DNA of 13,364 bases from an uncultured bacterium (GTDB lineage Bacteria; Hinthialibacterota; Hinthialibacteria; Hinthialibacterales; Hinthialibacteraceae): positions 85,651 to 99,014 of the forward strand of contig CAYPPG010000027.1 of NCBI GenBank assembly GCA_964412555.1, in the 5' to 3' direction. The notes beneath the pieces are model-generated. The model was not told the DNA's origin. It made no database searches and worked only from the letters and a program-made list of their open reading frames with translations. Numbering within the stretch: the first letter of the stretch is position 1; each line of letters opens with the position of its first letter. Made by a program: the position numbers and the translations under genes. Shown in pieces: positions 6,382-13,364 of the stretch.

Positions 6382-7074
6382 ATGATGCATAATGTTCCGA
6401 TTTTCATGTGGATTCGCGTGGGTGTTTTCATCGCTTTTTGTTGCACCGTAAGTAGTGTCGGGATAAGCAGTGAGAAGAATCCGGCCTTTGCGGAAATTCA
6501 AGACAATCCCACCTTGCCTCGAGTCTTGCTGATCGGCGATTCCATTTCGATTGGGTATACGGTTCCCGTTCGCGAGAATTTAAAAAGAATTGCCAATGTT
6601 CATCGAATTCCGGAAAACGGCGGTCCTACAATCCGCGGTTTGGAAAAGATCGATCAATGGCTCGGAGAAAAAAAGTGGGATGTGATTCATTTCAATTGGG
6701 GATTGCACGATGTGAAATATATGGAAGACGGGGAACACCAAGTTCCGATACAAGAATATAAAAAGAATTTGGAACAATTGGTCAAGCGTTTGAAAAAAAC
6801 GAAAGCGAAACTAATTTGGTGCAGTACGACACCAATTCCGGAAGGAAAATTGAGTCCGCTTCGCAAACCGGGAGACGAAGTTCAGTATAATGAAGCCGCA
6901 GAACAAATAATGAAAAAACACGATATCATGATCAATGATCTTTATTCGTTTGCCTTATCACGCTTAGACAAAATTCAACGAAAGGCCAATGTCCATTTCA
7001 CCCCGGAAGGCAGTGAAATATTAGGCAAGAGGGTTGCAGAAATTATCAAGAAAGTACTGGAATCGGATGAATGA
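6382..7074 (+). CDS. SGNH/GDSL-family hydrolase (lipase or esterase-like), secreted, about 230 aa.
   Basis: Block I is [11 protein letters not shown], containing the GDS(x) catalytic Ser. Block III is HFNWGLHD, GxND-like. A histidine in NVHFTPEG lies near the C-terminus. A hydrophobic signal peptide [21 protein letters not shown] is present. GGAGG at 6371-6375 lies 6 nt before the ATG at 6382, so I prefer this start over the track start at 6355. Confidence 0.65.
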   Translation: MMHNVPIFMWIRVGVFIAFCCTVSSVGISSEKNPAFAEIQDNPTLPRVLLIGDSISIGYTVPVRENLKRIANVHRIPENGGPTIRGLEKIDQWLGEKKWDVIHFNWGLHDVKYMEDGEHQVPIQEYKKNLEQLVKRLKKTKAKLIWCSTTPIPEGKLSPLRKPGDEVQYNEAAEQIMKKHDIMINDLYSFALSRLDKIQRKANVHFTPEGSEILGKRVAEIIKKVLESDE

Positions 7075-8305
7075 ACTTGAATGGACCGTCCAATTACGAT
7101 TTATCATTGCCTTAGCCCTCGGATTTTTGATCGGATTTGAACGGGAAATATCCCGAGCACAAAAAGACGATCATCTCTACGCTGGCATTCGAACGCATTC
7201 GCTGATAAGCCTCTTCGGATTTGCCTGTGCTTGGTTGTTTCAAAATTCGAACGTTCAAGGAATTCTCCCCATCGGTCTTTTGATCATCGCTTCCTTCTGC
7301 ATAGTCAGTTATCTTGCAAAATTGAAAGAAGGGCGCGTCGGATGGACCAGCGAAACGGCCGCATCGCTGACATTTGTTATCGGAGCGTTGTCTCTGTTGG
7401 CGGACCTTTGGGTTCCGTTGGCTCTCGGTGTGATTAGTACCGTTCTGCTTACGGAAAAACCTCAAATCGAACAATATGTCGATAAATTGAGCCAATCCGA
7501 ATTCGTTGCCATTTCCCGCTTTTTACTTGTTACCCTGATTATTTTACCGCTTCTCCCCAACCAGGATTTCACTCAATTCAATCTCAACCCGGCAAGAATC
7601 TGGAAAATCGTGATCATGGTTTCATCGATCGGCTTTGTGGGATATTTTCTGTCGAAGAAATATGGAGAACGAGTCGGTTTGAAATTGTCAGGGTTTTTGG
7701 GGGGAATTGCATCCAGTACAGCGGTAAGTGTGGCGATGGGAAGAATAGCATATCAAATTCCTGATAAGCGGTGGAATGCGTTGCAGGCATCCTTGATAGC
7801 CAGCAGTGTGATGTATCTGCGGATTTTTGTCCTAATTTGGGTGATTAATCCCATTTTTATCTCCGCTTTGTGGTGGAAAATGTTGGTATTGTGTTTGATC
7901 GGCTTCATCTTTTCTTTTACCATCAAGGTGCCTCCGAAAGAATCCAATGTATCCATACCGGAGTTACAAAACCCGTTTGAATTGCTTCCCGCATTGTTAT
8001 TCGCTTTTTTATTTGTTGCACTATCCGTGATCACGGTTTTGATCCGAGAATCGTTCGGCAGTCGTGGATTGGTTGTCCTCTCCGCTGTTGTAGGTGCAAC
8101 AGATATCGATCCTTTTCTTTTGTCGTTAGTCAACCGAAACGAATCGGTTACCGAAATTCTGGTCGCGGCAATCGTCATCTCGATGATGAGTAATACGGTC
8201 ATGAAGGGAATTTATTTTGCCGGATTGGTGAAAGGATTACGCACCCAAACCCTCTGGCGCTACGGTCTCTGGGCATTCTTGCATTTACCGCTATTATTTC
8301 TTTGA
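7067..8305 (+). CDS. MgtC/SapB-family N-terminal domain plus DUF4010 polytopic membrane protein, about 412 aa.
   Basis: The N-terminal signature [20 protein letters not shown] is the MgtC-family motif. Multiple hydrophobic helices run through the rest of the protein. The start ATG at 7067 overlaps the SGNH stop (ATGAATGA), which suggests translational coupling. Confidence 0.7.
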   Translation: MNELEWTVQLRFIIALALGFLIGFEREISRAQKDDHLYAGIRTHSLISLFGFACAWLFQNSNVQGILPIGLLIIASFCIVSYLAKLKEGRVGWTSETAASLTFVIGALSLLADLWVPLALGVISTVLLTEKPQIEQYVDKLSQSEFVAISRFLLVTLIILPLLPNQDFTQFNLNPARIWKIVIMVSSIGFVGYFLSKKYGERVGLKLSGFLGGIASSTAVSVAMGRIAYQIPDKRWNALQASLIASSVMYLRIFVLIWVINPIFISALWWKMLVLCLIGFIFSFTIKVPPKESNVSIPELQNPFELLPALLFAFLFVALSVITVLIRESFGSRGLVVLSAVVGATDIDPFLLSLVNRNESVTEILVAAIVISMMSNTVMKGIYFAGLVKGLRTQTLWRYGLWAFLHLPLLFL

Positions 8306-8320
8306 AGTTTTTGGAGGATA

Positions 8321-8569
8321 ATGATGTCGAAGCACATGAATACTCACCCTCCTGTATCATGGGAATCGGTTTTTCCCGAATCCAGTCCTGGAACGGCGTT
8401 GGCCGGAGCCAGATACAGGGAAGGTCTGACACAAAGGGAACTTGCGAAACGAACTGGGATTCCTCAACGTCATATTTCCGAAATGGAAAACGGGAAGCGT
8501 ACAATCGGAAAAGAACGTGCGAAACTTTTCGCGAAAGCGTTGAATATCGGATATCGGGTTTTTTTATGA
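8321..8569 (+). CDS. XRE-family helix-turn-helix protein, HigA-like antitoxin-type DNA-binding domain, 81-82 aa.
   Basis: SPGTALAGARYREGLTQRELAKRTGIPQRHISEMENGKRTIGKERAKLFAKALN fits the HigA / addiction-module antidote pattern PGE.L.e..l...GLsq.eLA..lgv....is.i.nGKR.it...A.rLa..lg. GGAGG at 8313-8317 is best spaced for the second ATG at 8324. Confidence 0.65.
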   Translation: MMSKHMNTHPPVSWESVFPESSPGTALAGARYREGLTQRELAKRTGIPQRHISEMENGKRTIGKERAKLFAKALNIGYRVFL

Positions 8570-8603
8570 AAGATCGTTTTACAGACAATATAAGGAGATT
8601 CCG

Positions 8604-9665
8604 GTGAACCTCTTGATTCATTTTGCGTATTTCGCTGTAAGTTTTCTTTTCTGTACTGGAGGAATGACTGCGGAACAACCAAAGGAAAAGTCTGTTTTCC
8701 CAAAGGAACAATGGGAATACAAAGAGCCTCGCGAATTGCATCTGGATGCAACGGTCTTGAATGAATTTGCCCAGCAACTCGGTGGACGCGGATGCGTCAT
8801 AAAGAATGGGTTTGTCGTGAAATCGTGGGGGGATCAATCCGAGCGCAGCGATTGGCTTTCTTCCGCGAAACCGGTGTTAAGCACATTGTTGTTCTTTGCG
8901 ATTGAAGAAGGATTAGTAAAAAGCGTGGATCAACCCATTGCGGATTTTGGCTGGGATTTAAAAGAAAAGGACCGACAGATTACTTTTCGCCACCTCGGCA
9001 GTATGAACAGCGGGTATGCACGACCGGAGGGGCCGGGCGAAGCATGGGCGTATAACGATTATGCAATCCAATTGTATCAAAAAACACTTTTCGATCGAGT
9101 GTTCAAAGAAGATCCGAAGCAGGCAGCTGAACATCCGAAGCGTTTAGGGGCGTTACAACTACAGGATGGATTGAAATTCCGCGAAAGCAATCGGCGCTTG
9201 TCCGCCTCGGTTCGTGATTTTGCCCGAATCGCATGGTTCTGGTTGAATCATGGAAAGTGGCATAATCAGCAGCTAATCCCCAAAAAATATTTCGAAAAAT
9301 ATATGTGTCCACAAACTCCCAAAGAGTTGCCGCATACGAAAAAAGCGGAAACTGATGATTATTTGGAGATCGGTTCATTCGGCGGTGGTTCCGATCATTT
9401 TACGGATTTCGGAGCAGGAATTTACGGATTCAATTGGTGGTTCAACGATACCGGCCGTTTGCATCCCGGCAAACGGACATGGCCCGATGCCCCAAAGGAT
9501 ACAATCATGTCCATCGGATTCGGGGGAAACTGTTCGGCTTTGTTTCCGGATTTGAATATGATTGTCGTCTGTGCGAAAGGTGATTGGGGAAAACTGGATG
9601 CAGGAAATCCACAGTCCAAAATGAACCAGTTATTCAAACTTCTTCTAACATCAATTGAAAAATAG
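8604..9665 (+). CDS. Secreted serine hydrolase of the beta-lactamase / transpeptidase-like fold. The family assignment is tentative. 353 aa.
   Basis: GTG start with AAGGAG at 8592-8597, 6 nt upstream. Signal peptide MNLLIHFAYFAVSFLFCTGG. An SxxK motif (S86-S-A-K89 in DWLSSAKPV) lies at the expected distance from the N-terminus, after a Gly-rich beta segment. No stronger family signature was recognised. Confidence 0.45.
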   Translation: MNLLIHFAYFAVSFLFCTGGMTAEQPKEKSVFPKEQWEYKEPRELHLDATVLNEFAQQLGGRGCVIKNGFVVKSWGDQSERSDWLSSAKPVLSTLLFFAIEEGLVKSVDQPIADFGWDLKEKDRQITFRHLGSMNSGYARPEGPGEAWAYNDYAIQLYQKTLFDRVFKEDPKQAAEHPKRLGALQLQDGLKFRESNRRLSASVRDFARIAWFWLNHGKWHNQQLIPKKYFEKYMCPQTPKELPHTKKAETDDYLEIGSFGGGSDHFTDFGAGIYGFNWWFNDTGRLHPGKRTWPDAPKDTIMSIGFGGNCSALFPDLNMIVVCAKGDWGKLDAGNPQSKMNQLFKLLLTSIEK

Positions 9666-9737
9666 AATTTTTTTTACTCTCAAATACAATAGATACCAAA
9701 ATCATAATACCTTCCTATGCATTCCACCCTCACGTAG

Positions 9738-9764
9738 GATGGGTTGAGCAAAGCGAAACCCATC
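9738..9764 (+). terminator. Weak stem-loop candidate downstream of the serine-hydrolase gene. The 8-bp stem is gatgggtt/aacccatc with an 11-nt loop.
   Basis: A perfect 8-bp inverted repeat followed by aatttaaatt, which is A/T-rich but not a clean U-tract. The loop is large. Confidence 0.2.
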
Positions 9765-9967
9765 AATTTAAATTCCCCAATAATTATACGGATATTGTGC
9801 CAAGAGAGTTCATTTTTTTTCTATGTTTTTTCATTGGATGGACTCGATGATTTCACAAACATAAAAATCTTAAGAACGTGAAATAAACAGGTTTTTTTCT
9901 GCGTAAAGAAAGGGAGAACAGGTAAAAGAAAATAACAAAATTTCTAGAATTTTCTATGCTATGATGA

Positions 9968-9996
9968 TATTCAAAATTTTACCGATGTGATATCAT
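9968..9996 (+). promoter_or_regulatory. Possible extended -10 promoter for the NfeD-flotillin operon: TGaTATCAT at 9988-9996 with a weak -35 TATTCA at 9968-9973.
   Basis: A TGnTATnAT-like extended -10 lies about 37 nt upstream of the ATG at 10033. The -35 element is poor. Confidence 0.2.
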
Positions 9997-10032
9997 GCTC
10001 ATGACAAACCGCAAAATAAGGGAGAGATGATC

Positions 10033-10644
10033 ATGGTGGAATGGTGGGAATCATTAACTAGCGATCTCCAAGTCTTTTACACGATTGGCATTGCCTCGAC
10101 GTTTGTGTTGATCATTCAAGCGATATTGATGATGATTGGCGGGGATGTGGATAGCGCCGATGTCGATGTGGGAGATGTACCGGATATGAACGGTACCTTG
10201 GAACATCCCGGTGATTTGCATCTGTTGTCCGTCCGCACCGTGGTCGCTTTTTTCGTCGGCTTCGGGTGGACAGGGGTGATCTGTTTAAAACGGGGAATAT
10301 CTATTGAAATGACGATATTGTTCTCGTTCCTCGTCGGTTCATTTTTTATGTTTGTGGTGTTTTATCTCATGCGGTTTTTATACGGACTACGCGAAAGCGG
10401 CAATATCAATTATGAAAACGCAGTTGGGAAAATCGGTAGTGTGTATATTCCCATCCCCCCCGATCAATCCGCACCCGGGGAAGTGGAAATCATGATTCAA
10501 GGCCGTGTTCGATTTGTCCAAGCGTTTAATCGCTCCCCCCAACGTTTAAAAAGCAATACGAGAGTCAAAGTTGTTGAATTAATCGATTCTCGTACTTTAT
10601 TAGTCGAGCCGTTAGCAACGAATTCAAACAAGGAGGAATCGTAA
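10033..10644 (+). CDS. YqiJ/NfeD-family membrane protein, with N-terminal TM helices, an Asp-rich segment and a C-terminal NfeD OB-fold. It is the partner of the downstream flotillin gene.
   Basis: The acidic tract GGDVDSADVDVGDVPD is typical of YqiJ-like proteins. TM helices are present. The C-terminal GKIGSVYIPIPPDQSAPGEVEIMIQGRVRFVQA is beta-rich and OB-like. GGAG at 10021-10024 lies 8 nt before the ATG at 10033. The stop is 3 nt before the flotillin start. Confidence 0.7.
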   Translation: MVEWWESLTSDLQVFYTIGIASTFVLIIQAILMMIGGDVDSADVDVGDVPDMNGTLEHPGDLHLLSVRTVVAFFVGFGWTGVICLKRGISIEMTILFSFLVGSFFMFVVFYLMRFLYGLRESGNINYENAVGKIGSVYIPIPPDQSAPGEVEIMIQGRVRFVQAFNRSPQRLKSNTRVKVVELIDSRTLLVEPLATNSNKEES

Positions 10645-10647
10645 ACG

Positions 10648-12093
10648 ATGAACGAAATACTGTTATTGATTGCTGCATTTATCCTCGTTCTGTTTGTCGC
10701 GGTCTTCAGTTTCGCCACCCGCTACAAACGCTGTCCGTCGGATAAAGTCCTCGTCGTGTATGGGCGAGTCGGTGGGAGAAGAAAGGACGATGGCCGAGGG
10801 CTGTCGTGCCGTTGTTATCACGGCGGCGGAACCTTCATTTGGCCGGTTATTCAGGATTATCAATATCTGGATTTGACGCCGATTCCGATCGATATCAAAC
10901 TGGAAGGCGCGCTTTCCCAACAAAATATCCGCATCAATACGCCATCCACGTTTACCGTTGGGATTTCAACCGAGCCGGGAATCATGGAAAACGCGGCGGA
11001 GCGGTTGCTGGGGTTGACGATCAACGAAGTTCAGGAGTTGGCCAAAGACATCATTTTCGGTCAGATGCGTGTCACCATCGCAACGATGCCGATTGAAGAG
11101 ATCAATGCGGACCGCGAAAAATTGATTGAAAATATTTACAGCGGTGTCGAAGTCGAACTCAAGAAAATCGGTTTGCGGTTGATCAACGTCAATATCCAAG
11201 ATATTACCGACGCATCCGGATATATCGACGCGCTGGGGAAAGAAGCGGCCGCCCGCGCAATTAACGAAGCCAAGATCAAAGTCGCACAAAAGGAACGAGA
11301 CGGAGAAACCGGGAAAGCGGAAGCGGAACGGGATCAACGGGTCAGCGTCGCGAATGCCCATGCGACAGCGGTGGAAGGAGAAAACAAAGCCGGAGTGCGG
11401 ATTGCACAATCCAGTGCGGCTCGAAGAGAACAGGAGGCGGAAGCCGAACGCTCCGCCGTGGCGGCGGAAAAAGTGAAATCCGCTCAAGCGCTTCAGGAAG
11501 CCTATGCCGCGGAAGAACAAGCCGAACGGCAAAGAGCCAGCCGTGAAGAAGCAACCCAAATGGCGAATATTGTCGTTCCCGCCGAGATTGAGAAAAGACG
11601 AATCGAAACATTGGCCGAAGCCGATGCGGAAAAAACTAGACGGCTCAAGAAAGGAGAAGCCGACGGTATGTACTCTATGATGCAGGCCGAAGGCGATGGT
11701 CTGAAAGCCATATTGACGAAGAAAGCCGAAGGCTTTGCGGAAATAGTCAAATCCTGTGTCGGCTCACCCGAACTTGCGGCGATGATGCTGGTGACCGAAC
11801 AACTTCCGAACCTCGTCGAAGCCCAAGTGAAAGCGATCTCGAATCTCAAGATCGATTCCATCACCGTCTGGGAAGGCGGAAAAGGAACCGATGGTAAAAC
11901 CCAGACCGCTAATTTCCTTTCCGGCCTGGTTGGTTCTCTACCACCTCTTCATGAATTGACGAAAAACGTCGGGATCGAATTACCGGAATATCTTGGAAAA
12001 TTATCCGAAAATCCGGAACTCGCAGAAAAAGTGGAAACAGTCGTAAAAGAAGAGAAGAAAAAACAAAAAGCGAAAGAAAACGAACAATCTTGA
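10648..12093 (+). CDS. Flotillin-like SPFH / band-7 domain protein of the FloT/YqiK type, 481 aa.
   Basis: An N-terminal TM helix is followed by KRCPSDKVLVVYG...GGGTFIWPVIQ, then an SPFH core and a long Ala/Glu/Lys/Arg-rich coiled-coil region (AEAERDQRVSVANAHATAVEGENKAGVRIAQS...). This matches the Bacillus FloT architecture. The SD AGGAGG is at 10631-10636. Confidence 0.9.
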   Translation: MNEILLLIAAFILVLFVAVFSFATRYKRCPSDKVLVVYGRVGGRRKDDGRGLSCRCYHGGGTFIWPVIQDYQYLDLTPIPIDIKLEGALSQQNIRINTPSTFTVGISTEPGIMENAAERLLGLTINEVQELAKDIIFGQMRVTIATMPIEEINADREKLIENIYSGVEVELKKIGLRLINVNIQDITDASGYIDALGKEAAARAINEAKIKVAQKERDGETGKAEAERDQRVSVANAHATAVEGENKAGVRIAQSSAARREQEAEAERSAVAAEKVKSAQALQEAYAAEEQAERQRASREEATQMANIVVPAEIEKRRIETLAEADAEKTRRLKKGEADGMYSMMQAEGDGLKAILTKKAEGFAEIVKSCVGSPELAAMMLVTEQLPNLVEAQVKAISNLKIDSITVWEGGKGTDGKTQTANFLSGLVGSLPPLHELTKNVGIELPEYLGKLSENPELAEKVETVVKEEKKKQKAKENEQS

Positions 12094-12102
12094 GCAGATA
12101 GG

Positions 12103-12342
12103 TTAGTTGAGAGTAGTATCGAAATATTTCACAGGATGAAATACATGTTCAGCAATCCGTTCGACAAGCAGCCGATCATGACCCCCACACAATGAATGCG
12201 CCACAAACGAATTTCTCGCCATTGCCAGGCAAATATCCATATCTCCCATAATTTCAATAGTTTGCTGGCCCAAATATGCTTTGGCGATTCTCCGTGCTTC
12301 TTTCAGTAAATCTTTTGTGAGTTCGTATTGTGTCGCATACAT
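12103..12342 (-). CDS. Hypothetical small protein of 79 aa containing an HSLCGGHD motif.
   Basis: ORF with AGGTG SD and a 6-nt spacer before the ATG at 12340-12342. The track's GTG start at 12351 sits inside the SD. No family recognised. Convergent with flotillin, 9 bp apart. Confidence 0.5.
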   Translation of the reverse strand: MYATQYELTKDLLKEARRIAKAYLGQQTIEIMGDMDICLAMARNSFVAHSLCGGHDRLLVERIAEHVFHPVKYFDTTLN

Positions 12343-12533
12343 GATCGTCACCTAATTTCACAGTCTTAATTATCGGAAACCTCCTATATCTCTTTAGCTT
12401 ATACGTATTAACATGCAACAATATTTTCACTTTTGGTATATTACTTTAAATTTTATGCTTGGTTCTATTTATGTATAAAGCAATTTTAATGCCAATTTTA
12501 ATGGTTTTTTCCACCTTTTTTGCCTTCTTTGAA

Positions 12534-12564
12534 CTGGGAGCGCGGGCATCCCTGCCCGCATTTT
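12534..12564 (+). repeat. REP-like palindromic element copy C: ctgggagcgcgggcatccctgcccgcatttt.
   Basis: Core identical to copies A and B. The hairpin is followed by TTTTTATTTAT. Confidence 0.85.
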
Positions 12565-12611
12565 TATTTATCATTACCACATCACTCTCTTTTTGAGTGT
12601 CTTTCTAGAAA

Positions 12612-12642
12612 CTGGGAACGCGGGCATCCCTACCCGCATTTT
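12612..12642 (+). repeat. REP-like palindromic element copy D: ctgggaacgcgggcatccctacccgcatttt. It has 2 mismatches and is flanked by the direct repeats tgtctttctagaa (12598-12610) and tgtctttctggat (12648-12660).
   Basis: 29 of 31 positions match copy C. The flanking 13-mers match at 11 of 13 positions, with the first 9 nt exact. Confidence 0.8.
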
Positions 12643-12806
12643 CGAATTGTCTTTCTGGATCAATTCCTTATATTTGCTCCTATTCTATATTGTATCATTA
12701 CAAAATGAACTTATCAAATAAATTTTGTAACTATTTTTTAATGGTTGGCTCGAAGGTTTGTTCTTTTTTTTAACAGCTTCTTAGGGGCGTTGTTATGGAT
12801 ATGGGA

Positions 12807-13364
12807 TCAATAAATCGACCATTCATTAACGGAAACCGGCAAATGTTGCCGTAAATATTCGTGTCGTAATCGTATAAATGTCCGCATCGTTTCATACGAT
12901 TCCTTGATTTGTCTTCTTCGAAGACTTTGAGTGACTTTCATATATTCTTCCAATAAATCCAAGTCATGATTCAATTTTGTTTCAATTTTCTCAATTTCAT
13001 CAAACAAACGTCCTTGTGCAAATAAACCGTCTACTTCTACCCGCATGCGGCGGATGTATTCTTCATGAAATTCATCCTCGCTGTGAAACGCTCGCGAGAT
13101 GGGACCTGGTTCTCGAGAAACTTCACCCCCGCGGCCGTCGAGAGGATAGGAAAGCGGCATCGTGGTATACATGTTTCTTCGTCCCGGTTCGGTATATCCG
13201 AATGTCTTATCCAAATCCCATGGGATGCATTCCCATTGTCCACCCGGCATCAAATCATGATAGAGAAACATGTTGTTGAAAAAACCATCCCAATTGCACA
13301 TGAGCACACCTGTCAATAGCCGGGTACCTTTGACCCCCCTGGAGTCGGTTAGGTGTGACCCGTT
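12807..13364 (-). CDS. CotH-family (spore-coat protein H-like atypical kinase) protein, C-terminal portion. The ORF runs off the window edge.
   Basis: NMFLYHDLMPGGQWECIPWDLDKTFG matches the CotH core motifs N(N)xYLY.D and IPWDxD. My manual translation shows the frame stays open from 13316 to 13364 (…NGSHLTDSRGVKGTRLLTGVLMCNW…). The M at 13316 in the track is an internal TTG. Confidence 0.7.
   Translation of the reverse strand, partial: NGSHLTDSRGVKGTRLLTGVLMCNWDGFFNNMFLYHDLMPGGQWECIPWDLDKTFGYTEPGRRNMYTTMPLSYPLDGRGGEVSREPGPISRAFHSEDEFHEEYIRRMRVEVDGLFAQGRLFDEIEKIETKLNHDLDLLEEYMKVTQSLRRRQIKESYETMRTFIRLRHEYLRQHLPVSVNEWSIY

Noticed and set aside
9666-10032. Possible small ORF or ncRNA in the 360-bp leader of the NfeD-flotillin operon.
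   Set aside because: No ORF longer than about 10 codons with an RBS is present, and there is no recognisable riboswitch or tRNA-like structure. Only weak promoter-like and direct-repeat features (ttttctatg twice) were seen, which is insufficient to call an RNA gene.
10741-10830. Possible frameshift in flotillin. The +1 frame reads ...AEGCRAVVITAAEPSF, resembling the canonical R-IKIV-R segment that precedes GGGTF in FloT.
   Set aside because: The annotated frame is continuous from the start through VLVVYG...GGGTFIWPVIQ and conserves both flanking motifs with correct spacing. Switching frames would require two compensating indels. I therefore treat this as a lineage-specific insert.
12520-12708. 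62-aa ORF in the intergenic region.
   Set aside because: Its sequence is the translation of the two palindromic element copies (WERGHPCPHF and WERGHPYPHF). No RBS is present. It is an artefact.
12838-12852. Hairpin cggcaa-atg-ttgccg, considered as a possible terminator of CotH.
   Set aside because: It is inside the CotH coding sequence, 30 nt upstream of the stop, and is not followed by a U-tract on the minus strand.

Overview
This is a bacterial chromosomal window of about 13.4 kb with moderate GC content, dense coding and no rRNA or tRNA genes. The orphan prepilin-like gene, CotH, pentapeptide and DA1-like proteins are reminiscent of PVC-superphylum or uncultivated lineages, but that is a guess. 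I support twelve protein-coding genes from the sequence.

+ strand:
- A small prepilin-type (type IV pilin / T2SS pseudopilin-like) protein.
- An apparent four-gene operon: SGNH/GDSL hydrolase, MgtC/DUF4010 membrane protein, HigA-like XRE HTH protein, and a secreted beta-lactamase-fold serine hydrolase.
- A YqiJ/NfeD-like membrane protein followed by a flotillin (SPFH) protein, a known pairing.

- strand:
- An 820-aa hybrid sensor kinase with domain order REC-GAF-PAS-HisKA-HATPase-REC.
- A pentapeptide-repeat protein with an unrecognised C-terminal half.
- A secreted protein with six tandem CxxC...CxxC zinc-binding modules fused to a DA1-like HExxH metallopeptidase.
- A 79-aa hypothetical protein.
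- A CotH-family kinase-like gene truncated by the window edge.

The most unusual non-coding signal is a family of about 25-31 nt GC-rich palindromic elements with a conserved core. There are five full copies and one decayed copy, in two intergenic loci, each 3' of a minus-strand gene. One copy is inverted and carries compensatory stem mutations. It sits head-to-head with another copy, like a REPIN or BIME, and on the minus strand it supplies a hairpin plus T-tract that looks like a terminator. One copy is flanked by a 13-nt direct repeat that could be a target-site duplication. The elements also create artefactual ORF extensions in the six-frame track.

I found no cas genes, restriction-modification genes, toxin genes, integrases or transposases. 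The candidates for genuinely undescribed biology are the palindromic element family, the adjacent pentapeptide and LIM-like/DA1-peptidase genes, and an orphan HigA-like gene embedded in an envelope-gene operon. None of these can be proven to be a 'system' from sequence alone.
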